The translations under genes and the position numbers were made by a program. From Patescibacteria group bacterium (GTDB lineage: Bacteria > Patescibacteriota > Microgenomatia > UBA8517): a DNA stretch of 64,000 nucleotides. Numbering within the stretch: the stretch's first letter is position 1; every line of letters starts with the position of its first letter. Positions 45,254 through 55,454 of the stretch are shown one piece after another. The stretch covers positions 4,162 to 68,161 of the forward strand of contig DASVCV010000003.1 of NCBI GenBank assembly GCA_036381415.1, written 5' to 3'. The notes under the pieces were generated by a model, which was given only the letters and a program-made list of their open reading frames with translations, made no database searches and was not told the DNA's origin.

Positions 45254-48200
45254 ATGCTGAAGAAATCTTTCAAATTGTTTTTTATTTTAACGGTATTGTT
45301 TTCATTCCTTAGAATTGTTAATTCTAAAAGCAGTTTTGTATATGCACAGGCTGCTTGTAGTACAGCAGGTGCTACGTGCTGCAAAGATACTTCTAATAAA
45401 TATTTCTGCAATAACGGACTTAATCCCACCTCACAGACAGCACTTTGTACATGTAGTGGCAGCACACCTTCTACCCAAACTCCAACTCAAAATTCATCTA
45501 CCCCTGTGACTCAATCTCATGCAAATGGAGATAAGATTGGACCTGAACTTGCAGACCCGGCAGCTGGGGCAAATGTTGTAGATAGAAATGGATTCAAAGG
45601 AACAGTTGCTGTAATCAATAGCATTGGCGGTTCAGTCCAGAATACTGTTCCGAGCAAAAGTAGCAATCCGGTTGCCTTGAGGCTTCTTATGGATTCAGGT
45701 ACAACAATTGATTCAATGATACTTTATGCAAATCTGCTAAATGGATCGGGTCCTAGTCAATTTCCCAATGGGGCTATCATAATCCTTGGCAATGAGCTTA
45801 ATAACCTTAAGGGAGAATGGAAAGATACAAACTTTACACTTAGAGACGCAGGTGCAAGATATGCATTTATGTTTAACTCATTTGCGGACAATGTAACGCT
45901 TGATCGAGGAAAGTTTAAAGTGGCTCCAGCTCCACCTGATATGTACAATGGCGATTTTGATCCAGTGGAGTGGCTAAATGGATTTTTATACGGAGACGAA
46001 AAACACCGATATAGCTACGGCGTAGATTGTGACAGAATAGATACTTTAATTGCAAATGTTTTTCAAGTTCAGCCGGCGGCAAAAGTAGGAGGACAATGGG
46101 ATCAAACTTATATTTTTCTTCAAAATTATATAGGCAAAAAGTGTCCTGGAAAAACTGTGACTCATTTTGAAGGCTGGGGAGCTGATCCACATGCCTCTGT
46201 TTCAGATCAAGTAAACTTTTTAAACACACAGCCTTTGCCTGTTAACTCAGCTGCTACCTTAATAGTTGATAACTGTGATGGAAGTTTTGGAGGAAATGGC
46301 ATTAAACCGTGGCTTTACTATATTCCAAAAGCTCCTTTTGTTTACAAAGCTGATGGAACTCCCTTAGATCCTCAAACTTGTAGTGGAAGTTCAAATCTTG
46401 CAACAACTAAAAATCCTTATACTCCAAAAGACGTGCCATGTGATTCAAGAATTGGTGAATACTCTGATGAGTACCACTCACTTCGACCCTACCCTGCTTC
46501 TCCTTGTAAAAAAGAAGTGAGTGAAACAGCACTCATGTGTGGAAATGATTTAATTGTTAAAAAAACATTTAGTGATTTGGCTCCAAGTGGCGATTGTACA
46601 TCGCCGGGAGCTGATGGATCATTTTTCTGCAATTATAAATATTCAGGACTAACCGACAATGTAACCATAAATCTTAAAAATGCAGAGTTACCAATTCTTG
46701 GGAACACTGAGTTAGTACCAAATTCAACTGATAGAAACGGTGCTAAAAGAGCTTATATAACTTATGGTCAGAGAGTAAATGAATATGTCAGCTGGTACTT
46801 AAATGGAGCTATAGACAGAGCTGAGGAAAACTTTATTAAAATTCCATCTGATATTGACACTCTTCTTAACTACTCTGGACCTTTAAGGAAACTTTTTCCT
46901 TGGAGTGTTCAGATTAATCAAGGAATGAAAACAGTACAGCAGGTTTTTGATACGAGACACGATCAGACAGTTGGCTGCTATTCAAATGGCCAACCTGTTT
47001 CTTGTGCAACACCTGAAGCTTTAAAGGATACACAAGAAGTAAGGGCAAGTTTCTGGAAGAATGCATCTCCCCCATTAGAATCTGCATTTAGTGATTTTAG
47101 AGAATACTGGAAAGCTTATATGACTTGGAGAGGACAATTTTGCACTCCAAGCCTTTTAGGATTTTTTCTCTGTAGCCCAGATCTAACTGCTGGGCCAAAC
47201 TGGCTTGCTTCATTTTTCCCTTTTATTCCTCAATCCTCTACTGAAGATAGGACAGGGCAGGTTATTACTGACAACAATATTGTAGTGAATGGAAAGCAAC
47301 AACTTGAACATACTGTGCAACTTAAGGATGGACAAGGAAATGGAGGTACAGTGGAGAATGTTTCATTTACACCTGTAAGTGATAACCACAATCTGTATTT
47401 TGCACACACTGAAGAAGTAGCAACCTTGGGACAACTTTTACAAAGTACATTTGCTACTAAAAGTGATCCAATCAATGACTGGGAGACAAGACTTTCTCGA
47501 GATGTAGCAATTCATGATCCTGATGCAGTTGGAGGAATGCAAAAATACCAAACATATGGATGCAATACCCAGGATGTGCGTATAAATCCAGGAGACAATC
47601 TATATGGAGACTTGCCAAAAGATGGAAACCAGATAACTGGAAACTTGAACTATGATGCTACTTTTAGCTGCAAGTTTGAAAGGAAAACTGATCAAGCTTG
47701 TGTAGACAACTGTAAGGGAGATCAGACCTGTGCTGCAGCTTGTACACACACAAATGGGTGTAGTAAAGATATTTATGTTTCCCTGGCAATTTATACTAAA
47801 ACTCCCAAAGCACAAGAGATTTGGGACAGACTCGTTGACGGGGAAATGTCTGTTTTTAAAAAGATATTTCCTAAAGCTGGTCCAAACAGCCCTGTAGAAT
47901 CTATTAAAGACATTCCTGCTGCAAGCAAGGTTGTCTATACATCAACAACTGATGAAGCAAAAGCTGGAATGACTGGAAGAGGTGGAGCTGAGGCACAGCT
48001 ATTTTTCCCACATATAGGGAGCTTGGAAGAATATTTCTTAAAAGGTATACAACAGGCACTTAGACCGAAAGATGTAGGTGAAACTGCCATTGCTGGAAAG
48101 CCAGGAGCAATGTGTAGCCCAACAAACCCAACTAACAAATCAACATTTAGGGATACTGAAATTTCAGATGGAGTAATTGGACTTGCCCTACAAGTAAGCA

Positions 48201-48781
48201 GATACACTTGCACCCCAGCTGAACTTTTAATTGGAGTTTTGTCACAGGAAACCAGAGGAAGAACAGTTACTTCATTTAATCCCCTAACCCAAGAACCTAT
48301 TACTGGAGATCCTAATCAAAAGGTTGTAAGAACTGAGAGGTGTTTAAATGGAGATTTGAATGATCCAAATGGGTGTGGTCCCTATTCCTGGCATCCTTTT
48401 GTGACATATACAAACATGGCTGGCCAATGGCAAAAACAAGCTGCCGACTGCATTAACCACTTTGGTGTGTCATCCCCTCTTGACCAAAGAATTATTGCAC
48501 AGGCAATGTGCTACACTTCTGCTCATTTCTGGGGGTCAATTAGACTGAAGGATAGTTCTTTGCCTGATTGCACAGGAGAAAATCAAAAACCTTATACGCT
48601 TGACCAAGTTGATCCGGCTGGAGTGAGGCTTGCAACACTACAATTTTGCGGAGAAGCTGAAAATGGAGTTTTTACTCCAAGGTGTCAATCATATGCTGAT
48701 ACCTACAATACAATGATTGAGGGATACAAAGCTTCAGTTGGAATAGTAAGAGATCAGATGAAGGCATGTTTGACTCCATAA
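45254..48781 (+). CDS. Large secreted Cys-rich protein (possible GH-like and lytic-transglycosylase-like domains)
   Basis: Signal peptide ending VYA, many Cys pairs, IILGNELN, LLIGVLSQET. Confidence 0.7.
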   Translation: MLKKSFKLFFILTVLFSFLRIVNSKSSFVYAQAACSTAGATCCKDTSNKYFCNNGLNPTSQTALCTCSGSTPSTQTPTQNSSTPVTQSHANGDKIGPELADPAAGANVVDRNGFKGTVAVINSIGGSVQNTVPSKSSNPVALRLLMDSGTTIDSMILYANLLNGSGPSQFPNGAIIILGNELNNLKGEWKDTNFTLRDAGARYAFMFNSFADNVTLDRGKFKVAPAPPDMYNGDFDPVEWLNGFLYGDEKHRYSYGVDCDRIDTLIANVFQVQPAAKVGGQWDQTYIFLQNYIGKKCPGKTVTHFEGWGADPHASVSDQVNFLNTQPLPVNSAATLIVDNCDGSFGGNGIKPWLYYIPKAPFVYKADGTPLDPQTCSGSSNLATTKNPYTPKDVPCDSRIGEYSDEYHSLRPYPASPCKKEVSETALMCGNDLIVKKTFSDLAPSGDCTSPGADGSFFCNYKYSGLTDNVTINLKNAELPILGNTELVPNSTDRNGAKRAYITYGQRVNEYVSWYLNGAIDRAEENFIKIPSDIDTLLNYSGPLRKLFPWSVQINQGMKTVQQVFDTRHDQTVGCYSNGQPVSCATPEALKDTQEVRASFWKNASPPLESAFSDFREYWKAYMTWRGQFCTPSLLGFFLCSPDLTAGPNWLASFFPFIPQSSTEDRTGQVITDNNIVVNGKQQLEHTVQLKDGQGNGGTVENVSFTPVSDNHNLYFAHTEEVATLGQLLQSTFATKSDPINDWETRLSRDVAIHDPDAVGGMQKYQTYGCNTQDVRINPGDNLYGDLPKDGNQITGNLNYDATFSCKFERKTDQACVDNCKGDQTCAAACTHTNGCSKDIYVSLAIYTKTPKAQEIWDRLVDGEMSVFKKIFPKAGPNSPVESIKDIPAASKVVYTSTTDEAKAGMTGRGGAEAQLFFPHIGSLEEYFLKGIQQALRPKDVGETAIAGKPGAMCSPTNPTNKSTFRDTEISDGVIGLALQVSRYTCTPAELLIGVLSQETRGRTVTSFNPLTQEPITGDPNQKVVRTERCLNGDLNDPNGCGPYSWHPFVTYTNMAGQWQKQAADCINHFGVSSPLDQRIIAQAMCYTSAHFWGSIRLKDSSLPDCTGENQKPYTLDQVDPAGVRLATLQFCGEAENGVFTPRCQSYADTYNTMIEGYKASVGIVRDQMKACLTP

Positions 48782-48833
48782 AAGAATCTAAACGGGACTT
48801 TAGTTTTTGGATCAAGTATAATATGATAAATCA

Positions 48834-50525
48834 ATGTCCAAACTATTCAAGAAATTTTTAGCTTCGTTTTTGGTTGCATTTTTTTTGCTCATAACGGTTG
48901 CAACACCTTTTGCTCATGCTCAATCAAATGGTACTTGGTATTCTCAGGGTTTTGACCAGTGGTATGCCAAGGTTTATGACACAAGTAATCCCCAAGAAAT
49001 TTTTGGAGAAAGGTATACTGCAGCACAAGTACAATGGGTTTTTTATGGAGCTGCTTCTTTTTTCTTAAATTTAGCCTTGGGAGGCAATACCGATTTAGTT
49101 CAGTGTTCAATTCTACATGACGTAGGAAAATGTAATGCAGCGGTTCAAAAAATGTTTTCATTTAGAGACAATGCCATACCTGTAGCTGAAAAAAATGAAA
49201 CTCTTTTATCACAAATATTTGCTGACCGTCCCCTTTCAGGCATTACTTATGTAAAAGATTTAGGACGAAAATTCCATCTTGTTCCTGAGGCAAAAGCTCA
49301 GTCTGTCGGGTTTGGATATCAGGCACTCTATATTATTCAGGATGCATGGAGGGCAGTACGAGATCTTTCATATGTGTTCTTTGTGATAGTAATTTTAGTT
49401 TTTGCCTTCATGATCATGTTTAGAGTAAAGATATCACCCCAAGTGGTAATTACTGTTCAATCAGCGCTTCCAAAGCTGGTTGTTGGACTTATTCTTGTTA
49501 CTTTTTCCTACGCTATTGCAGGGTTTTTAATAGACTTGATGTATGTGATTATTGGTTTTATCAGTATTATTTTCTCCCGAATCGATGTGATCGGGTTTTC
49601 TAAAAATGCGGTAGATTATTTTAATTTGTTTACCAAAGGACCGGCAATTGGGCCAGTACGAGGAGGGGTTGTACTGTTTTTAGTCTATTATTTCCTTTAT
49701 TTCTTGGTAGCCTGGGTTCTTACTTTTTTCTTTGGCTTAGTCAGCTCCCTAACAAGTTTAACAAATCAGAATCTTAGCGGATTTATAGGTGGAGAGAGTA
49801 TGAGTGCTTTAATACTTCTAGTAGGAATAATTTTGCTGATTGTACTTATAATATTAATCATCATAAATATTTTTAAAATTTTGTTGATGCTTGTAAAAGC
49901 TTTCGCATCGATACTTCTTTTGACGATATTTGCGCCTCTTCAGCTAACGGTAGGTATGGTTGTCCCAGGCCTAGGTTTTGGTTCGTGGCTCAAAAGTTTT
50001 GTCTCTAAACTTGCAGTGTTCCCTGTAACTGGAGCTCTTTTTATGCTGGCTTTCTGGTTTTTGAATCTTGCAGTTGGTATAGCATTTGATCAAACTCGTA
50101 TTAACCTGGCAAGCGGAGCTCTTTCTGGGCTTATTGTTAAGGTTGACCCCAATGTAATTAGTGGATTTAATGCAAGTTTTACTCAAGGTTGGCCTCCCCT
50201 TCTAGGCGGACTTCCCCAAATGGCAGCACTTGTAATGTTAGTTGTAAGTTTTATGGTTTTTGCAATGATACCTAAAGCAGGAGATATGGTAGAAGGACTT
50301 ATTTCAGGAAAGTTTGCATTTGGTAGTGCAATTGGAGATTCATTTAAGCCATTCACAGCTTTTGGTGGAGCAATCTATGGAACAGCCCAAAAAGCTGGTG
50401 CTGAAGGAGCTGTTGGCTATATAGGCGGCAGGCTTGCACAACAAGGAGGCTTAGTCGCTAGAGGAGGTAGATATCTAGAACAAGCCGTAAGAAGAGGTAG
50501 AACAGTGAAGGAGGAAGAAGCTTAA
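48834..50525 (+). CDS. VirB6/TrbL-like polytopic membrane protein
   Basis: W..VRDLSY, FMIMFRVKI, LPKL...LILVTFSYAIAGFLIDL, multiple TMs; within pilin/VirB4 cluster. Confidence 0.72.
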   Translation: MSKLFKKFLASFLVAFFLLITVATPFAHAQSNGTWYSQGFDQWYAKVYDTSNPQEIFGERYTAAQVQWVFYGAASFFLNLALGGNTDLVQCSILHDVGKCNAAVQKMFSFRDNAIPVAEKNETLLSQIFADRPLSGITYVKDLGRKFHLVPEAKAQSVGFGYQALYIIQDAWRAVRDLSYVFFVIVILVFAFMIMFRVKISPQVVITVQSALPKLVVGLILVTFSYAIAGFLIDLMYVIIGFISIIFSRIDVIGFSKNAVDYFNLFTKGPAIGPVRGGVVLFLVYYFLYFLVAWVLTFFFGLVSSLTSLTNQNLSGFIGGESMSALILLVGIILLIVLIILIIINIFKILLMLVKAFASILLLTIFAPLQLTVGMVVPGLGFGSWLKSFVSKLAVFPVTGALFMLAFWFLNLAVGIAFDQTRINLASGALSGLIVKVDPNVISGFNASFTQGWPPLLGGLPQMAALVMLVVSFMVFAMIPKAGDMVEGLISGKFAFGSAIGDSFKPFTAFGGAIYGTAQKAGAEGAVGYIGGRLAQQGGLVARGGRYLEQAVRRGRTVKEEEA

Positions 50526-50529
50526 CAGT

Positions 50530-50670
50530 ATGAGAAAAAAAGCTTTCACTCCAAAGAATGTTGAAGATGGTGGGCAAAATGTGAGAAAGGGAAAAGTATC
50601 TCGTGAAATTTTAAAATGGATTAATATTGGAAAAAAGCAGAAAGATGTCTATGTCCCAACGAATGAATAA
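50530..50670 (+). CDS. Possible small basic protein (46 aa)
   Basis: ATG 4 nt after VirB6-like stop; MRKKAFTPKNVEDGG... Confidence 0.3.
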   Translation: MRKKAFTPKNVEDGGQNVRKGKVSREILKWINIGKKQKDVYVPTNE

Positions 50671-50678
50671 AAGATAGT

Positions 50679-52538
50679 TTACCCTCCTCTTGTACGTACG
50701 ATTTTCTCTAGTGTTGCTACGGCTGAGTTTATAGCCAAGCGCCTATAAGGGTGAACAATTTTTACAATCTTATCTATTTGTGTTGGGGTTATAAGCATAA
50801 AAGGTTGGCGTGTTTCTGGATCTATACCTACAGGTCTTTGCAACATATTAAGAAATGTTCCCATTTGGGGTGCATCCCAAGTAAGAAGAGTTGCTTGTCT
50901 TGTAGCTTCTTCAACTATGCCTAATGCAAGATAGTAACGAAGTCTAAAAATTTCTTTGGTTGGGTAGGCGGGTATATTGGCATCGGGGATATCAGGAGGA
51001 TCAGGGGTTTCTGTTGTATCTGCTCTCATAGCGGCTCCAATCCAGCTGACGGCGTTGTCTTCAGTTGTGTCACTTGGTTTATAGTCTGATTTCAACAAAT
51101 TCACCGAGGTATTAACAACCGATGGCAGATAGACAGCTAAATACACAGCATAACTCCCTCCTGGAAGGTTTTTGTAATTAGGTGCGGATGTGTCTAAATG
51201 AAAATCAGCGTAGGTTTGATCATCGGGTCTTCCTGTTTTACCCATTAGCTTTCGTATACAAGTTATTTTGTAGACTACGTCCATAGCGTCTCTCATTTTG
51301 TGCATTTTGTTTAATCTCCCTGCTTCTTGCCATTTTTGTTCATTAAAGAGGTGAGCTTTGTTTGCATAAGCAGCTCTTCTTAAATAGGAGGTTGCAAAAC
51401 CGTCAATAAGTTCGAGAGTGATAGCAGGCCCAAAATCCCCACCAGTTTTAAGCTCTGTTCTTCTGAACTCTGAAAAGTAGGCAGCTTTTGTAATTGGATC
51501 TTGAGCATTAACTTCTTTCCACAATGAATATTCAAACGTTGCATGAGCGAGTCGTTCTGCAAGCGTAACAGCTTTGCGTATTTCTGGAGTATCACCACCC
51601 AATTCGCTCCTAATAAATTCATCCATTCTTCCAGCTTGATCGCTAGACATCCTTCCTGCGTACCTTATCGGTTTCCCTTTATCATCTACTCCAACAGAGC
51701 GTGCTCCTTCAAAGGCTGTTCTTTCCAAAACAGCGTGAGCTCTGGATATTCCTAAGTCACTTTCTTTATATAGATACTCTAAATCTTCACCTTCTAAAAG
51801 CAGTCCTCTAACTGTCATTTCCTTAACTATATCTCTCATCGAATTTACGAAGTCTTCAGGCCTACCGCTTACTCTTTCTACCAGAGTGTAACATGCGTGC
51901 AACCGAAGTCTTGCCTGGACTTCTTTTGCAACTTCAGGAGATAAATGCTGATTCTTTAAAGCATCTGCTAACTGCTGATAGTTGTGTGCATTAATTTGGT
52001 GATCTAGAGGATAGGTATTTGCTTCTATTTTATCCAATACTTCTCTAACCTTTTGACGCTGTAGCTCCGGATTTCCCTTGTCTCTTTCTATTTCAGATAA
52101 GTTCAGTCCTCCAATTTGAGTTGCTGACTCACCTACAGCTTTTCTAACTTTCTTTAACTCTCTTACAACAGGGTCTTCATGGGGATTTTCTTGTCGAGCT
52201 TGTCTTATGCTTCCATGGCCGGAAGTTTGTGCGAGTCTTTCCTTTTCTTCACCTATTACACCTGCTAATTTTGCCCAGTCCTCAAGACTAATTCTTTTTG
52301 ATGGGTCTTTGTCCATGACCATATCATTACCCCTATCTAGGATTTGATCTAAAGTCTTTAAATTTTTACTAGAAGGAAGCAATGCTACTCTAGCAAGATG
52401 TTGGACATTCTCGTCTTTTATTTCAACTTCTTTGCCTTTTTCAGAGTAGATTAAACCCTTTACTTTCTCTTCAAAGGACTTCGGGGATGGCAATTCTGGT
52501 GTGCGATTATTTTCTACTGGCATATTTCCCTCGGGCAT
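50679..52538 (-). CDS. Hypothetical protein (helical, charged)
   Basis: 619-aa ORF; TAAAAT 5 nt before ATG. Confidence 0.7.
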   Translation of the reverse strand: MPEGNMPVENNRTPELPSPKSFEEKVKGLIYSEKGKEVEIKDENVQHLARVALLPSSKNLKTLDQILDRGNDMVMDKDPSKRISLEDWAKLAGVIGEEKERLAQTSGHGSIRQARQENPHEDPVVRELKKVRKAVGESATQIGGLNLSEIERDKGNPELQRQKVREVLDKIEANTYPLDHQINAHNYQQLADALKNQHLSPEVAKEVQARLRLHACYTLVERVSGRPEDFVNSMRDIVKEMTVRGLLLEGEDLEYLYKESDLGISRAHAVLERTAFEGARSVGVDDKGKPIRYAGRMSSDQAGRMDEFIRSELGGDTPEIRKAVTLAERLAHATFEYSLWKEVNAQDPITKAAYFSEFRRTELKTGGDFGPAITLELIDGFATSYLRRAAYANKAHLFNEQKWQEAGRLNKMHKMRDAMDVVYKITCIRKLMGKTGRPDDQTYADFHLDTSAPNYKNLPGGSYAVYLAVYLPSVVNTSVNLLKSDYKPSDTTEDNAVSWIGAAMRADTTETPDPPDIPDANIPAYPTKEIFRLRYYLALGIVEEATRQATLLTWDAPQMGTFLNMLQRPVGIDPETRQPFMLITPTQIDKIVKIVHPYRRLAINSAVATLEKIVRTRGG

Positions 52539-52665
52539 GGCCTATTTTAACATTTTGTAAACGGTTTATCTAATTAACTTCTTGTAGTTTCTTTATAATA
52601 CTAAACTCTTTTATGTTAAAGGTGTTTGAAATTGCTTAAAAAGGGATTTGAAAGAAATGTTTCTA

Positions 52666-53382
52666 TTATATATTTGGTATTGGTGTCACTAACGCAGCTA
52701 TTGCAAAAGATCGCCCAAGTGGATCTCTATTCTCTGATCTTATGTATAAATTGCCACTTTCATCAAAGGGGCCAACGGTGGCAAAGTTGTTTCGCATACT
52801 GCCTGCATCATCTGCAGGAGTGGAAGTTATTATATGTTGGTTTTGGTCAAATAGTTTTTCACCTGTTTTTTCTAGATGTAAGATTGCTAGCTCTGCATAT
52901 TGATTTACTCTGCCCATCACAGCGAATGCGCCTGTTTTTAAATTTATTTGTTCTGAAAAGTGAGATATTCTTTTGGGCCAATCCCACCAAGGCCAGGCGT
53001 TACTTCCCGGAAGAAGAAAGGTGTTTGGTTTTACTGCTACTTCAACAGCCTTTGAAACATCCTCAAAAAAGCTTTCACGAGAGTAGTCCCAACCAAACTT
53101 TTCACTGCTATTTTTTGCAGAATCAATAATTGGCTTACCTGCTTCCATTAATTCTGAGATGGATGAACCTGTTAGTGTATAAACAAAGAATCCAGCCTGT
53201 TCCAGTTTTTCTAGCGTTTCTGGATTAAATCTAGAGACATAAACTTTTTTCTCAGAACTTCCATAGCCAGTAACAGGAATGTCTTTCCCCCGCTGCTTCA
53301 AAATTTTATTGATAACATCGGCGTGGTTAGAGTCATCTAGATTTCCAGTAGATCTTAGCTCTTCTTCAATTCTTCTCAGCAT
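52666..53382 (-). CDS. Hypothetical protein
   Basis: ORF; ATG 53382 is 6 nt after TATAAT. Confidence 0.65.
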   Translation of the reverse strand: MLRRIEEELRSTGNLDDSNHADVINKILKQRGKDIPVTGYGSSEKKVYVSRFNPETLEKLEQAGFFVYTLTGSSISELMEAGKPIIDSAKNSSEKFGWDYSRESFFEDVSKAVEVAVKPNTFLLPGSNAWPWWDWPKRISHFSEQINLKTGAFAVMGRVNQYAELAILHLEKTGEKLFDQNQHIITSTPADDAGSMRNNFATVGPFDESGNLYIRSENRDPLGRSFAIAALVTPIPNI

Positions 53383-53459
53383 AGCGAGATTATAATAACG
53401 GTGGCGTAGAAAATCAAATATCAATATGCGTATTAGTTGGCAGGGGGGTTATGGAATAT

Positions 53460-54428
53460 TTAACACTTAACATTTTCTCCACAGTGTTTGCAGTTAGATA
53501 GCAATTTATGAGGTTCTCTTGTGTTTATTCTATGGCAATATGGACACTCAAAATTTAATGATCCATATTCGTCTTCTTGTCTAACAATCTTTACCATTCC
53601 AAATAAACTTTTGTTTTGCATTGAAAGAAGATCTCTGTTTAATACACCACACCCACCCCGAGAGAGGTTCCATCCCCTCTCCTCCATTCCATTTTCAATT
53701 CTTGCACCTCTGTGCAACAGATCCTCCTTACTAACTTTGGCGTCATTTAATACTTTTTTGCTTTCTTCTCTTGCATCTTTAAGGGCCTTCATTTTTAAAT
53801 GGTGAGCTTCTCCATGGCTAATTTTTTCAAACAGGACTGACAGTTCTGGAAAAGTTGATGAAAGGAAATTAACCCAATTGGAGTTTTGAGGTGGCAAAAA
53901 GATAGAGATCTTATCTCTTAAGTCTTCTGGGGCTTTTATTTGCTGACTTGGTTTATCAGAAAACTCTTCAAGCATTAAGAATAACTTTTCACAATATTCT
54001 GGAGTTACATCTTTTAATGGGATCCCATATGATTGAAGTACTTTTACTCCTAATATTTCTCTAACTTTTCCAATTTCAAACCTACCTTCCTGATAATTAA
54101 ATTCTCCTCCGGGCGGACTGACCCAGGCTAAAACTGTTCCAGGTTCTTCATCAACTAAAGCTTGCCTTATTATTAACCCTGCAATTTTTTCTTTTTGAGT
54201 TTGAGGTGTTTCATCTGAATAAAAATCTTTGACATCTCTTGTCTTATCTAAGCTGGGATTAACTACTAGTCCATTCGACAGATGAGCAAGAAAAAAGCTG
54301 TGTATATTTCCTGAAGATTCTATGACTAAAGCTGCAGTATCTCTTTCAAGAGCCTTTCTATTAAAGCCTTCTGACTTTTGATACCTTGATAGATCAAATG
54401 CTTTGCGTGATTCTAATATTCTTTCCAT
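53460..54428 (-). CDS. Hypothetical protein with C-terminal zinc ribbon
   Basis: WVSPP, GGCG, CPYC...CKHC. Confidence 0.7.
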   Translation of the reverse strand: MERILESRKAFDLSRYQKSEGFNRKALERDTAALVIESSGNIHSFFLAHLSNGLVVNPSLDKTRDVKDFYSDETPQTQKEKIAGLIIRQALVDEEPGTVLAWVSPPGGEFNYQEGRFEIGKVREILGVKVLQSYGIPLKDVTPEYCEKLFLMLEEFSDKPSQQIKAPEDLRDKISIFLPPQNSNWVNFLSSTFPELSVLFEKISHGEAHHLKMKALKDAREESKKVLNDAKVSKEDLLHRGARIENGMEERGWNLSRGGCGVLNRDLLSMQNKSLFGMVKIVRQEDEYGSLNFECPYCHRINTREPHKLLSNCKHCGENVKC

Positions 54429-54597
54429 ATTCCTGCTCGGGATATTAGATTGTTAGTTTTCTGGCTTTACAGTTGCGGCACAGCTAGGGATTTGCACCCT
54501 ATTCCTTAAACACAATCTTTAAGTCATCATAAAATCTTTGTGTTTATTTTCAATAGGCAAATTGACAATAAAACCTATAATATCTATAATCCAGACC

Positions 54598-55359
54598 ATG
54601 AGTGATTTTGAAAGAGCAAGACATAGACTGCAACAAAAAGCAGAAGAATCACAGAGAAGAAAATTAGAAGAGACTGAGACAGAAAAAATCTTCCAAGAGA
54701 CAGAGCAGTCAAGGTTGAAAAATGAGGCTGAACAATTAAGATTAGACCAAGAAGGGCTAGAAGCAAGAAAAAAAATACTACCCGCAGCCCAATTAAAAAT
54801 ATCTGAATTTTTATCTGAAATTAATGCTAAGCTTTTTTTAAATAAAGGTGCAATATCAGGCTGGAGAGTAGTTGAAGATCTACATGATCACACTACTTAT
54901 TACGAAGAGGGCATGTATGATAACTATTGTAGCTGGTCAGAAACTGAGCACCATAAATCTAAACAACTTGTAACCAGCCTCCATCTGGACGCCAATCAAT
55001 CCCTCTTCTTTTCTATACCTGTAATGAGTTCTACATTGGTAGAGAAAGAAAAATTCATAGAAGAGAGAGACTGGTTGATGCGTAAAACTGGGGTTGTCTT
55101 TTCCGATGGTTATGAAAAATTGTGGGAAGACAGATTAGCTTTGGATAAACAGTTGGGTCAAGTATCTTTAGGTGGAGAAAAATGTTACAGAGAAACTGCA
55201 AGGGTTCCTATTAGTTATTATAATGAGGAAGAGAGGAAGAAACTCTTTATTGCAGGTGAACCAATAGTTTGCAGATTACCACTTAAGGGTGACGAGTGGA
55301 ATAAATTTAGAGAACTAGTTCTTTATTATATTGCCGAAGAGTTGAATCTTCCTGATTAA
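54598..55359 (+). CDS. Hypothetical protein, N-terminal coiled coil
   Basis: TTGACA...TATAAT 7 nt before ATG 54598. Confidence 0.65.
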   Translation: MSDFERARHRLQQKAEESQRRKLEETETEKIFQETEQSRLKNEAEQLRLDQEGLEARKKILPAAQLKISEFLSEINAKLFLNKGAISGWRVVEDLHDHTTYYEEGMYDNYCSWSETEHHKSKQLVTSLHLDANQSLFFSIPVMSSTLVEKEKFIEERDWLMRKTGVVFSDGYEKLWEDRLALDKQLGQVSLGGEKCYRETARVPISYYNEEERKKLFIAGEPIVCRLPLKGDEWNKFRELVLYYIAEELNLPD

Positions 55360-55454
55360 TAATTTGTGAAAAGGGCAACTACTTGCAATAGACACTTCAC
55401 GCAGTAAGCTAAACATAGCCGTACAAAGTATTAATAATGTAATCACTGCCTATC

